The translations under genes were made by a program, and so were the position numbers. Below are positions 51,847 to 61,590 of a DNA stretch of 64,000 nucleotides, piece by piece. Position 1 is the stretch's first letter; every line of letters begins with the position of its first letter. The notes under the pieces are model-generated. The model did not search any database, had not been told where the DNA came from, and saw nothing but the letters and a program-made list of their open reading frames with translations. The stretch is from Candidatus Bipolaricaulota bacterium (lineage in GTDB: Bacteria; Bipolaricaulota; Bipolaricaulia; M55B111). Location of the stretch: the NCBI GenBank assembly GCA_018400715.1, contig JAGYME010000004.1:11468-75467 (forward strand), read 5' to 3'.

Positions 51847-54054
51847 ATGTTAGGAATTTTTAACTTGATTTTGGTACCTGGGATTATCTCGGGGGTAGCG
51901 TTACTGCTCGCGTGGTATCTTGTTAGGTACGTATCCAAACAGGACCAGGGAACTTCCAAGATGAAGGATATTCAGAAGTTCATCAGGGAAGGTGCCTGGA
52001 CTTTCATGCGAGAAGAGGTACAAATATTTGCTGTCGTGATGGTTCTTATTGCCCTGTTGTTGTGGGGGATATTCTACTGGGAGGTTGCCGTAGCGTTTCT
52101 AATCGGTGCAGTCCTATCGATGACGGCTGCATTTATTGGGATGAATTCGGCCACTCTCTCCAACGGTAGGACCACTCACGCGGCGAGGACCAGTTTTAAA
52201 AAGGCACTAAACATAGCGATCTCCGGGGGGTCCGTTATGGGGCTGGCGGTGGCCGGTCTCGCCCTGGGTGGCCTTGTATTGGTCATCGCCCTCTTTAGAG
52301 GTGCATTCGATCCGGCGTCCCTCGAGATTACGTCTAAATCTGTCCCCGTCATCAGCCAGGTCCTTGGTAGAGACCTGAACCTCATCAAGGGTGCGTTAAT
52401 TGTCAGCGCCTATTCCATGGGTGCTTCTCTTGTGGCGCTGTTCGATCGTGTTGGTGGAGGTATCTACACGAAGGCCGCTGACATGGGAGCAGATCTAGTC
52501 GGTAAGGTCGAGCAGGGTCTTCCCGAGGATGACCCCCGCAACCCCGCGTCTATTGCCGACAACGTTGGAGACAACGTCGGTGACGTAGGTGGGCTGGGGG
52601 CGGACCTCCTCGAGTCCTTCATTGGCTCGGTCATTTCCGTTATCATTATTGTCTTGTACCTGTTCGTCGGCCAGGGAGTCGATGGTGGGGTAAACGAGTC
52701 ACTTGCCACGATGCTCGGCGACCTCGGCCTATCGGTTGGGGTTACGACGGTGCAGTACTGGTGGTTAGTGCTTGCTCCTACCTTGATCGTCGCCTCCGGA
52801 ATATTCTCTAGCATCCTGGGAATTTTCTTCATCCGCTCAAGTTCACGAGAAGAGGGTATGCAGGCGACGTTGATGAACGGGACGAGGATCGCCGCGGTAT
52901 TAACTGCGGTGTTCACATTAATTATCGTCTGGCTGTCGCCGATGAACTTTGCCCCGTTCTGGTCCGTCTTGATTGGGGCCACCGTGGGGCTAATCATCGG
53001 TTACGTGTCTGAGTATTACACCTCTGCCGACTATAGTCCCGTGCAGAGGCTGGCCTCTCAAAACGATTCGGGAACGGCGGTAGGCGTGACTTCGGGCATG
53101 GCAGTAGGCATGCTTAGCACGTTCATCCCAGCTATAGCGATAGGAGTGGCCGTAATCATTACCTATTGGCTTGCCGGATTGATGGGAGTGGCTTACGGAG
53201 CTCTCGGTATGCTGTCCTTCGTGGCGATAACCGTATCGGTCGATACATACGGACCGATTGCCGATAACGCAGGTGGTATCGCTGAGGGCGCTGGCCTCGA
53301 AGAAGAGGTCAGGGACAGGACAGACAAGCTGGACTCAATCGGAAATACAACTGCCGCTATCGGTAAAGGTTTTGCGATAGGGTCGGCTTCCTTTTCTGCT
53401 CTGGCATTGATAGCTGCCTATATGTGGTCGGCGATTGGAAGCGCCGAGGCGGTCAAGGTCCCGACTATCGAGATAATTTCTTCCAGTCCGGGAATTGGTG
53501 GGTCGGTCATTGCCGCTCTATTCCTCGGAGCGATGGTACCTTATGTCTTTTCATCGCTGTTGATCCGGGGAGTTAGTGATACCGCGGGCATGATGGTCAA
53601 GGAGGTCAGGCGGCAGTTTAAGGAGATTCCCGGGATACTGGAAGGGGAATCGAAACCCGAATACAACAAGTGTATTTCCATTACCTCTTCGGGTGGACTG
53701 AAAAGGATGGTAATTCCATCCCTCCTTGCCGTGATTATGCCGTTGATCGTCGGATTAATCCTCGGTAAGTTTGCTCTGGCAGGATTTCTTATAGGTGCAC
53801 TGTTATCCTGCCTGCAACTGGCTATTTACTCCGCCAATACCGGTGGCGCACTGGATAACGCCAAGAAGTACATCGAAGAGGGACATTACGGCGGTAAGGG
53901 ATCGGAAGCACACGATGCCAGTGTAGTTGGAGACACGGTCGGGGACCCGCTGAAGGACACCGTAGGGCCGTCGCTCGATATCCTGGCAAAATTGATGTCC
54001 GTCGTGTCGATCTTGTTTGCCTCACTCTTCCCGGTGTATCCGATAATCTTCTAA
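51847..54054 (+). CDS. hppA: Membrane pyrophosphatase, K+-dependent type (probably Na+-pumping)
   Basis: GGIYTKAADMGADLVGKVE..PEDDPRNPA.IADNVGDNVGD, DLLES, GNTTAA (Ala = K+-dependent), GDTVGDPLKDT. Confidence 0.95.
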   Translation: MLGIFNLILVPGIISGVALLLAWYLVRYVSKQDQGTSKMKDIQKFIREGAWTFMREEVQIFAVVMVLIALLLWGIFYWEVAVAFLIGAVLSMTAAFIGMNSATLSNGRTTHAARTSFKKALNIAISGGSVMGLAVAGLALGGLVLVIALFRGAFDPASLEITSKSVPVISQVLGRDLNLIKGALIVSAYSMGASLVALFDRVGGGIYTKAADMGADLVGKVEQGLPEDDPRNPASIADNVGDNVGDVGGLGADLLESFIGSVISVIIIVLYLFVGQGVDGGVNESLATMLGDLGLSVGVTTVQYWWLVLAPTLIVASGIFSSILGIFFIRSSSREEGMQATLMNGTRIAAVLTAVFTLIIVWLSPMNFAPFWSVLIGATVGLIIGYVSEYYTSADYSPVQRLASQNDSGTAVGVTSGMAVGMLSTFIPAIAIGVAVIITYWLAGLMGVAYGALGMLSFVAITVSVDTYGPIADNAGGIAEGAGLEEEVRDRTDKLDSIGNTTAAIGKGFAIGSASFSALALIAAYMWSAIGSAEAVKVPTIEIISSSPGIGGSVIAALFLGAMVPYVFSSLLIRGVSDTAGMMVKEVRRQFKEIPGILEGESKPEYNKCISITSSGGLKRMVIPSLLAVIMPLIVGLILGKFALAGFLIGALLSCLQLAIYSANTGGALDNAKKYIEEGHYGGKGSEAHDASVVGDTVGDPLKDTVGPSLDILAKLMSVVSILFASLFPVYPIIF

Positions 54055-54088
54055 TTTGAATCGATCACGATTTCATAGTTAGAATCTT

Positions 54089-54128
54089 GGGGCCGCGGGA
54101 AGTTCGCGGCCCCTTCGTTAGTTTTTTT
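54089..54128 (+). terminator. Intrinsic terminator after hppA
   Basis: GGGGCCGCG/CGCGGCCCC stem followed by TTCGTTAGTTTTTTT. Confidence 0.75.
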
Positions 54129-54192
54129 GGGCTGCGGAGGTATGTCCGCCTAAACGATGGAATAGTGAGTACGGCCAGGCTAGGAGGATAAT

Positions 54193-54621
54193 ATGAGAGA
54201 TTTCGATTGGTCCGAGGAAGAAAACCGCTGTTTTGGCTGTGGGGACAACCCCTGGGGTCTCAAGCTGGACTTCGAAATAGGGAACGAGGAGGTATATACT
54301 CAAACTGAACTGGATGAGAACTACCAGGGGTTTAAGGGGACAGCCCACGGTGGAATAGTTGCGGCTATGCTCGATGAGGCGGCGGCCTGGGCGATTGCAG
54401 CAGATACTGGATATCTTGCCCCAAGCTATTCTCTCGACTGCAGGTTTATAAAGCCCGTTCCGCTGGGGAAAGAGATACATCTCACGGGGCGAGTTGAGAG
54501 TTCTCGGCACGGTGTGGTTACGGCCAGGTCTCTGGTCCAGAACGTCTCCGGTGAGTTACTCGCCAGAGCAGAGGTAAAGGCAAAGATCTTGGAAAAGTCA
54601 GTCAAGGTCGAGAAGGATTAA
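54193..54621 (+). CDS. PaaI/hotdog-fold thioesterase
   Basis: CFGCG..NP.GL, YQG..G.AHGG...MLDE, F.KPVP. Confidence 0.9.
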   Translation: MRDFDWSEEENRCFGCGDNPWGLKLDFEIGNEEVYTQTELDENYQGFKGTAHGGIVAAMLDEAAAWAIAADTGYLAPSYSLDCRFIKPVPLGKEIHLTGRVESSRHGVVTARSLVQNVSGELLARAEVKAKILEKSVKVEKD

Positions 54622-54677
54622 GGAGGGGTTCGCGGACATACTGAAGCTAGGAGACTTTCAGTGGATTTGGGTCAAGG

Positions 54678-56648
54678 CTACTTCAGGTATCGGTCAAACC
54701 AGTCGACCATCTCCTCCAGCCGCTTTATCCGATTTGCAGGGGTGCCTGATCTGCTCAGGTCGTGGTTTTCGCCCTCGAACAGGACGGTCTTGGCGTCCAC
54801 CCCAAAGTACTTGAGCGCGGTAAACATCTGCAGGCCTTCGCCCAACCAGCACCTGTAATCCTCTTCCGAATGAATAAACAGAGTGGGGGTATTGACCTGG
54901 TCGGCGTACTTTAACGGCGATTGGTCCCATAAACGGGCATGATTCTCCCAGGGGTTTCCGTCCTGCTGATCAGCGACGAAGTAATACCCGATGTCAGTCG
55001 TGTTGAACTTAGATATCCAATTAGATATGCTCCTGCAGGATACTGCGGCGCTGAACCTGTCGGTATGTCCGACTATCCAGTTAGTCATGAACCCTCCGTA
55101 GGACCCGCCGGTAACTCCCAGGCGGTCAGGGTCGATAAAGGGATATTCCTCTATTGCTCTATCGACTACCTTCATCAAGCCTTCGTAATCTTCGCTGCCG
55201 TAACTACCCCGTATATCGGCAAAGTCGTCTCCCTTTCCCGCGCTGCCCCTAGGGTTGGAAAATAGTACGACGTATCCCTCGTTTGCGAGAAGCTGCATCT
55301 CGTGGAAATAAACCTCTCCGTAGGCCGCTTCAGGTCCGCCGTGGACTTCTAAGATCGTCGGGTACCGTTCGTTCTCGTCAAAACCGGGTGGGGTAAGGGC
55401 CCAGGCCTGGACGTGCTCCCATTTTCCGTCCAGAGTAAAGCTCTCCAGAGTTCCTCTTGAGAGGCCAGATAACGAATCATCATTTATGTCGGTAAGCTGA
55501 CGGGTGTCGCCATCCTCCACCAGGTATAGTTCCTGTAGGCTACAATTTTGTAAACCTACAAAGACAGCCTTACCTCCATTTACATCAAAGCTATCTACGG
55601 AACCGTCCTTCTCCGTGAGATAGCCTATATCTCCTGACCGACCTACTGAAACCAGTCGAGAGTGGTTATCCTCGGTTGTGACGAAGTAAGCGGAGCCATC
55701 CGCGCTAGCGCTTAACTGGCCTGACCCGAGACGCACGTCGGTTAATACACGATTGTAGATGGAACTTTTCCAGTTCTCGTTGAGGGGTTCCATCTTATTG
55801 CCTTCCAGATCGTAGCGGTACAGCTTGTGGTTCTCGTTAATCCCCCTGGACTCCATATCGGTAAAAGTTAAGAACAGCTCCCCGTCTTCCAGGAACTCGA
55901 TCAGTCCAAACTGGCCGTCCGAGTCCGTGAGTTTGCTCGGGGAGGGTCCGTCATCGTTGAGGTTAACGAGATAAAGGTCGTTTGTTACGGAAAACCTGTC
56001 CTCGTATTCGGTGCCGATAAAGGCGATCCTGTCCCCGGCGGTTGCGAATTCCCCCACCTCTACAGGTCCCTCAGTGAGTTCTATCCTCTCATCTGCCCCG
56101 GGGTCGTAGACGAACAGGTGTTCGCGTTTCTTGTTTGTAAATCCCTCCGCGTTCTTCCAGAACGGTATCTCGTCCAGAACTTTGTAAGTCGCAGGGCTTT
56201 TATCGTTAGATCCGTCTTCCTCGGCCTCTTCTCCCTTCCTCACTTCACCTATTGAGGTCGGTGCTTTGAATATTAACTTCCCGTCACTCCAGGCGAACTC
56301 GCTGACGTTACCCTTGAGTGTAAACTCCTTCCTTGCCTCCCCTCCGTCTACCCGGATTGAGTAAAGAACGGTTCTCTCTTCGTCGGTCTCCTCGTCATCC
56401 TCACGAGACGAGATAAACAGTATCTCTTCACGGTTAAGCCAGAGGGGAGATTCGTCCTTACCGGACCGAGTTAACTGACGCGTCTCCGCGGACTGAAAGG
56501 AGTGAAGCCAGATATTAGAGTCGTATCCGTCACCTTCTTCGTTCGCTGATTTAACGATAAAGGCGACTTTGTCACCGGTCTCTGACAGGGTAGGGTTTGA
56601 AATAAACCGAAACTGCGTGAACGAACTGGGTCTAACTTTATCCACCAT
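54678..56648 (-). CDS. S9 family serine peptidase
   Basis: Propeller repeats, VHGGPE, GGSYGG, HSEEDYR, ENHDL. Confidence 0.94.
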   Translation of the reverse strand: MVDKVRPSSFTQFRFISNPTLSETGDKVAFIVKSANEEGDGYDSNIWLHSFQSAETRQLTRSGKDESPLWLNREEILFISSREDDEETDEERTVLYSIRVDGGEARKEFTLKGNVSEFAWSDGKLIFKAPTSIGEVRKGEEAEEDGSNDKSPATYKVLDEIPFWKNAEGFTNKKREHLFVYDPGADERIELTEGPVEVGEFATAGDRIAFIGTEYEDRFSVTNDLYLVNLNDDGPSPSKLTDSDGQFGLIEFLEDGELFLTFTDMESRGINENHKLYRYDLEGNKMEPLNENWKSSIYNRVLTDVRLGSGQLSASADGSAYFVTTEDNHSRLVSVGRSGDIGYLTEKDGSVDSFDVNGGKAVFVGLQNCSLQELYLVEDGDTRQLTDINDDSLSGLSRGTLESFTLDGKWEHVQAWALTPPGFDENERYPTILEVHGGPEAAYGEVYFHEMQLLANEGYVVLFSNPRGSAGKGDDFADIRGSYGSEDYEGLMKVVDRAIEEYPFIDPDRLGVTGGSYGGFMTNWIVGHTDRFSAAVSCRSISNWISKFNTTDIGYYFVADQQDGNPWENHARLWDQSPLKYADQVNTPTLFIHSEEDYRCWLGEGLQMFTALKYFGVDAKTVLFEGENHDLSRSGTPANRIKRLEEMVDWFDRYLK

Positions 56649-56707
56649 TATCTCTCCTTTGTCTCCTTTGGTGATTTGATGAAAAACCTTCGTGACGGTG
56701 GTCTGGC

Positions 56708-57097
56708 TTAAATTCTCTGGAACATAACCCCTAACCGCTCGGCAATTGGTTCCTGTATCTCGAGGACGAGTTCTCTGTCTCCGCGAAGGACCAGCTCGTA
56801 GTTTTCGTAGTAAATAAGTTGGAACGTACCTGATTCCGTTTCGATTTTTAGGTGCTTGAGCATGTAGGGTTCCGTCTCGCCCGGGTCGTCGACTTCGACT
56901 ATCGGGTCCTCGAAGAACTCATCAAACCAGTCAGTTAATTCCGCCAATTCTTCTTCGCACCCTTGCACGTTTCTAGAAATGAAGAAGATATCTCTTTCCT
57001 CCCCGGCCTCCGAGAGCGACCTTTTCTTGAGGTCCTCGGAGACCGAGCCAAACCAGAAGACATTCTTTAGCGATTGAAAAAAGCTCTTTAGACTCAT
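56708..57097 (-). CDS. Hypothetical acidic protein
   Basis: 129-aa ORF between asnS and the peptidase, codirectional with tight spacing. Confidence 0.7.
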   Translation of the reverse strand: MSLKSFFQSLKNVFWFGSVSEDLKKRSLSEAGEERDIFFISRNVQGCEEELAELTDWFDEFFEDPIVEVDDPGETEPYMLKHLKIETESGTFQLIYYENYELVLRGDRELVLEIQEPIAERLGVMFQRI

Positions 57098-57104
57098 GGC
57101 GTTT

Positions 57105-58409
57105 TCATGGATAGATCCGGTTGATCTGTCGGGGAAATGGTATGGTTTCCCTGACGTGGTCCAGGCCGCAGATCCAGGTTATTGTTCTCTCCACGCCGAG
57201 GCCAAAACCGGAGTGGGGGACCGATCCGTATTTCCTTAGGTCCAGGTACCATTGATAGGGCTCCTCGGGTAGCCCTGCTTCTTCCATCCGGCGTTGCAAA
57301 ATTTCCAGATCGTCTATCCTCTGGCTACCCCCAATCAACTCCCCGTACCCATCCGGGGCAATCAAGTCGGCGGTAAAGGCCTTCTCGCCGTCCTCCGTCG
57401 GCTCCATGTAGAACGGTTTTATCTCCCGGGGAAACATCTCAATGAAGACGGGCTTGTTGAAGTGGTCCCCTAGTGCTGTCTCCGCCGGCGCGCCAAAATC
57501 TTCACCGTGTTCCATGCTTACCCCCGCGTCGTTTACTATATCTATCGCTTCCTCGTAGGTAATCCGCGGGAAAGGCAACTCTACCTTCCTTATGAGATCG
57601 TCTACGTCAACTCCCAGCTCCTCCAGTTCCCCGCTTCTCTTCTCCGCGACCTGGTTGACGGTATAATTCAACATTTTTTCTTGGAAGTCGAGGTTTTCGT
57701 CGTGTTCGACCCAGCTTAATTCCGCTTCGGCCATCCAAAACTCAGTTAGGTGCTTTCTCGTTTTAGACTTTTCCGCCCGAAAGACCGGGCCAATCCAGTA
57801 GACCTGCCCCAGCGCCGCCGCGGTCGCTTCCAGGTATAACTGTGAACTCTGCGTTAGATAGGCGGATTCACCAAAGTAGTCGGTTTCAAATAACGTTGTC
57901 GTCCCCTCTACCGAGACTCCTGTAAGAATAGGGCCTTCCGTTGCGATTAACCCAGAGTTGTCGAAGAACTCCCTCAGCCCCTGCAGGAATTCGTGGCGAA
58001 TCCTTAGGACCGGCGCCGCACCCTTTTCCCTGATCCAGAGATGTCTGTTGTCCATCAAGAAACCGACGCCGTGCTCCTTTCTGCTTATGGGATAGTCTTC
58101 TTCCACTGCTTGATACGCTTCGAGGTTATCCACGTTGATCTCGTATCCAATTGGGGCCCGTTCGTCCTCGTTTACTTGACCGGTTACGATCAAGGATGAC
58201 TCGAGTTTCAAGTCGGCGGCGTATTCGAAGAGTTCGTCGTCGACATGATCAGCCTTGAGAACTCCCTGGATCAGGCCGGTGCCGTCTCTTATCTGGAGGA
58301 AGTGTATGCCACCGCTTGACCTACGATTGTATAGCCACCCCTTGACCCTGACCTTCTCGTTTGCGTGGTCCCCTACTTCTGAAATAAATATCGTCGGCGT
58401 TGAAGACAT
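57105..58409 (-). CDS. asnS: Asparagine--tRNA ligase
   Basis: GW..NRRSSG...F...RDGTG, YLTQSSQLYLE, FRAEKS.TRKHLTEFWM.E, PHSGFGLG.ER. Confidence 0.93.
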   Translation of the reverse strand: MSSTPTIFISEVGDHANEKVRVKGWLYNRRSSGGIHFLQIRDGTGLIQGVLKADHVDDELFEYAADLKLESSLIVTGQVNEDERAPIGYEINVDNLEAYQAVEEDYPISRKEHGVGFLMDNRHLWIREKGAAPVLRIRHEFLQGLREFFDNSGLIATEGPILTGVSVEGTTTLFETDYFGESAYLTQSSQLYLEATAAALGQVYWIGPVFRAEKSKTRKHLTEFWMAEAELSWVEHDENLDFQEKMLNYTVNQVAEKRSGELEELGVDVDDLIRKVELPFPRITYEEAIDIVNDAGVSMEHGEDFGAPAETALGDHFNKPVFIEMFPREIKPFYMEPTEDGEKAFTADLIAPDGYGELIGGSQRIDDLEILQRRMEEAGLPEEPYQWYLDLRKYGSVPHSGFGLGVERTITWICGLDHVRETIPFPRQINRIYP

Positions 58410-58424
58410 CTTTCCCTCACTCCT

Positions 58425-59195
58425 CTAGTTTATTCTCGTGACGAATTCTTTATGTATCAACCCGTTGCTGGCCACTATGCCCGGCGAATGATAAATATCG
58501 TGTTCGCCCCCCTGATAATCTGTAACTCTTCCCCCTGCCTCGCGGACGATCAGTGATCCCGCGGCGATGTCCCATGGCGATAGGTTTAACTCCCAGAAAC
58601 CATCGAGACGACCGACCGCCACGAACGAGAGGTCTATTGCGGCAGAACCGTCCCGGCGGATTCCCCGTGTCTTTCTTGTAAGTTTTGAGAAGGTCTCGAT
58701 AGCCTGAGGTACAAGGTCCTTTTCGTACGGAAATCCAGTTACCAGCAGGGAGTCTTTAAAAGAGTCGGTGTCTGAAACGTGAATCTCCTCTCCATTTAGC
58801 CAGGCACCCTCTCCGGCTACCGCCCAGAACGTTTCGCGGAGGACGGGCAAGTGGACTACCCCTACCTTTATCTCACCCTCCACCTCGACGGCGATCGAGA
58901 CGCTAAATAGGGGGTAGTTGTAGACAAAATTTGTCGTCCCATCTACGGGATCGATTATCCACCTTGCTTCGTTTCCTTTGATTTCAACCTCTTCCTCGGC
59001 TAGTATCGAGTGATCAGGAAACCTCTCACTGATTTTGCTCACGATTAGGTCCTGGGAGGCGTGGTCGAACTGGGTTACAAGGTCTGTCGGTCCGGACTTG
59101 TGGGAGACCTCCCGGTTCTTTCCCCGACTTTCAAGAAGGAGACCGCCAGCCTCTTCCGCTGCTTTTCTGGCTACAGTTAACAGGTCTTCTTCCAT
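58425..59195 (-). CDS. suhB: Inositol monophosphatase
   Basis: DLVT..D, WIIDPVDGTTNF, GSAAIDL..VA.GRLDGFWE..L.PWD.AAG. Confidence 0.92.
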   Translation of the reverse strand: MEEDLLTVARKAAEEAGGLLLESRGKNREVSHKSGPTDLVTQFDHASQDLIVSKISERFPDHSILAEEEVEIKGNEARWIIDPVDGTTNFVYNYPLFSVSIAVEVEGEIKVGVVHLPVLRETFWAVAGEGAWLNGEEIHVSDTDSFKDSLLVTGFPYEKDLVPQAIETFSKLTRKTRGIRRDGSAAIDLSFVAVGRLDGFWELNLSPWDIAAGSLIVREAGGRVTDYQGGEHDIYHSPGIVASNGLIHKEFVTRIN

Positions 59196-59202
59196 GTCTG
59201 GG

Positions 59203-59853
59203 CTACAGTTTCTCGTTCATTAATTCTACTACCTCTGAGGCGTTCTTAATCGCGTCCTCTTCTAACTCTACCCTCTTCTGTTCGGTTTGATTAACAAATT
59301 CCTCGTCTTTGATCGAACCAAGGTTGATATCCACGTTCAACAGTGCTGTTCTCGTCGCCGCTTCAGCGAGGATTGCCGAGGCTCCCGCGTCCGTTACCGC
59401 GTGGGCGTTGCCCGTTTGGGCGCACTCCTTGCTGAGTTCGAGGACCTTTTTTGCCAGTTCTGCCATCTTCAAAGGAGGTTCAGTGGCCCCCTTTAGTGCT
59501 TCCTGGAGTTGTACCTTTCTCTTTTCCTTATCTTCCTCCGTTTCCTTGGGAGCCTTGTAAGCGTCCATAACTCTATTATACGCTTCCATATCCTCGGCTA
59601 TCGCGTCGAGAAAGTCTTCCCTGAGATCGTCTGCCTTAGATAGGATAGTTTCATACTCTTCAGAGACGTCTCCGTACCCGGACTTTCCGACCGTGAGGTT
59701 AGCCACCATTGATGACAGGGCGGCAGACAGCGCCCCTGTCACGGCAGCTGCTGACCCACCCCCAGGAGCTGGCTTGTCGGATGCCAGGTCTCTGAGAAAG
59801 TCCTCCATCACCTGCTCTCTTGCTTTGACGTGATCTTCGTTTTTGTTGCTCAT
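59203..59853 (-). CDS. Formiminotransferase-cyclodeaminase C-terminal / methenyl-THF cyclohydrolase family protein
   Basis: LAS..PAPGGGSAAA, MVANLT.GK, GN.....DAG, NV.INL. Confidence 0.9.
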   Translation of the reverse strand: MSNKNEDHVKAREQVMEDFLRDLASDKPAPGGGSAAAVTGALSAALSSMVANLTVGKSGYGDVSEEYETILSKADDLREDFLDAIAEDMEAYNRVMDAYKAPKETEEDKEKRKVQLQEALKGATEPPLKMAELAKKVLELSKECAQTGNAHAVTDAGASAILAEAATRTALLNVDINLGSIKDEEFVNQTEQKRVELEEDAIKNASEVVELMNEKL

Positions 59854-59864
59854 TTAATGGATAG

Positions 59865-60353
59865 TCATTCCTCCCTTGCCCAGTAAACTCTTACCAGGCG
59901 TTCATTATTAGCGGATTTTATTTCTAGTTCACCGTCGTGGGCTCTCTTTATCGCCTTTCCTATCCGCCGAGCAAGGTGCTCGTTGGTGGTGGCGATTTCC
60001 AGGGTATTCGATTCACAGTTTGCCCACATAATCTGTTGTAAGGGTCGATTGCTTCTTGCTTGTGCCTCGTTGTTTCTGGCAATGGCAATGATTTCTTCTT
60101 TATGTTCTCGAAGATAATCCCCCGACAGATAAATCAAACCCTCAGGGTTTTTGTCCCGCTTTCTCCTGCACGCCGGGCAAAGGGCTTCGTTTAGGTTGTC
60201 TTCTGGAATATCATCATTTACCCATCTCCCCTCTTTGTATACCAGGCCACAGTTGGTGCAAAAGGTCGGTTCCTTGTACTTCTTTCCTTCGTAGTAAGGG
60301 TTTTTTGATTCGTGTCCTACATCACCTCTGCGAGCTTCTTCCACTCTTATCAC
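59865..60353 (-). CDS. BCAM0308-like Cys-pair hypothetical protein
   Basis: CTNCGLVY..GRW, CPACRR, T...HLARRIG.A...A..GEL. Confidence 0.75.
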   Translation of the reverse strand: MIRVEEARRGDVGHESKNPYYEGKKYKEPTFCTNCGLVYKEGRWVNDDIPEDNLNEALCPACRRKRDKNPEGLIYLSGDYLREHKEEIIAIARNNEAQARSNRPLQQIMWANCESNTLEIATTNEHLARRIGKAIKRAHDGELEIKSANNERLVRVYWAREE

Positions 60354-60406
60354 CTCGTAGCTAAATCAGTCGAGGGCTTAAGAAAATAAGGGGTCCGTTC
60401 TTATTG

Positions 60407-60649
60407 TTATTCCTCGTTAAGAAGGTTTTCAAGGTATTCGATCGATTCGCCCACCGTCCGTAAGTTTTCCGCATCTTCGTCCGGGATCTCCAGCCCGAAT
60501 TCGTCCTCAAATTCCATGATCATCTCTACGGTGTCAAGCGAATCCGCCCCCAGATCCTCGACGTACGAGGCGTCCATAGTTAACTCGTCCTCGTCCACCA
60601 TGAGTTGTCTGCTAATAATTTCCTTGACTTGTGACTCGAGATCTTCCAT
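60407..60649 (-). CDS. acpP: Acyl carrier protein
   Basis: DLGADSLD.VE..M..E.EF..EIPDE; ATG 60649 after GGAGG. Confidence 0.97.
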   Translation of the reverse strand: MEDLESQVKEIISRQLMVDEDELTMDASYVEDLGADSLDTVEMIMEFEDEFGLEIPDEDAENLRTVGESIEYLENLLNEE

Positions 60650-60860
60650 ATAAATACCTCCTAGGGTTATATTGGCTCGTGCCCAACATGTGTGATTAAC
60701 TTTGGCGCCGAAAATTTGTAAGTAAGATCTTCGGGTAACTTTCCTCAAATAAATTCTGGACTACTTACTTTTGCTTACAAATTTTTGCCTTATGCTCGAG
60801 CTATATCGTCTAACCACGCTAATAATTGCTTTATTTGGGTCGTAGTTAGCGTGATCAAGT

Positions 60861-61589
60861 CTAGCCAAATGACAAACCTCCGTCAACCCTGACGACAGTC
60901 CCCGTAATATAGCTGGCCTGGTCGCTTAGAAGAAACATCGTCGGTTCAGCGATCTCTGAGGGGTTGGCGAACCTGTTCAAGATGACGTTCTGTAAATATG
61001 AGTCCTTCTTTTCCTCGGGTATGTCGCTGGTCAGTTTCGTGTCGACGAACCCGGGAGCAACGACGTTGGCCCGCAGGTTCCGGGATCCATATTCCTGGGC
61101 GAGGGATTTTGTAAATCCGATTATTCCTGCCTTTGCTGCCGAATAATTTGCTTGTCCCGGATTTCCCAGTATCCCCGAGACCGACGAAATATTTATTATG
61201 CTGCCTGTCCGGTTCTTGATGAGGTATCGTAACGCTGCCTTCGTGCAGTTAAAGGTCCCCGAGAGGTTGACGTCTATGATCTGCTCCCACTCTGCGTGGG
61301 ACATCCGTAACAACAGGTTGTCGGCAGTCAACCCGGCGTTGTTCACGAGGTAATCAATCCTTCCATGTTCGTCTACAGTATTTTGCACCGAGTCCCTGAC
61401 GGAGTCGTAGTCGGAAATATCAGTGGGAACGAATTCGCAGAGTTCGCCGAGGTTCTGCGCCGTGTTCTCGCCCTTGCTGCGGGAAAATATTTGGGTCTTA
61501 ATCCCCCTCTCTACCAGTCGTCTCGTGATTTCTTTGCCTATCCCGGTTCCCCCACCGGTAACTATTGCGACCTCGCCTGAAAAGTCCAT
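60861..61589 (-). CDS. fabG: 3-oxoacyl-ACP reductase
   Basis: TGGGTGIG, NNAG.T.D.LL.RM, NYSAAKAG, VAPGF. Confidence 0.95.
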   Translation of the reverse strand: MDFSGEVAIVTGGGTGIGKEITRRLVERGIKTQIFSRSKGENTAQNLGELCEFVPTDISDYDSVRDSVQNTVDEHGRIDYLVNNAGLTADNLLLRMSHAEWEQIIDVNLSGTFNCTKAALRYLIKNRTGSIINISSVSGILGNPGQANYSAAKAGIIGFTKSLAQEYGSRNLRANVVAPGFVDTKLTSDIPEEKKDSYLQNVILNRFANPSEIAEPTMFLLSDQASYITGTVVRVDGGLSFG

Positions 61590-61590
61590 A

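Noticed and set aside
60650-60748. 33-aa N-terminal extension of ACP
   Set aside because: GGAGG RBS and typical ACP length support ATG 60649
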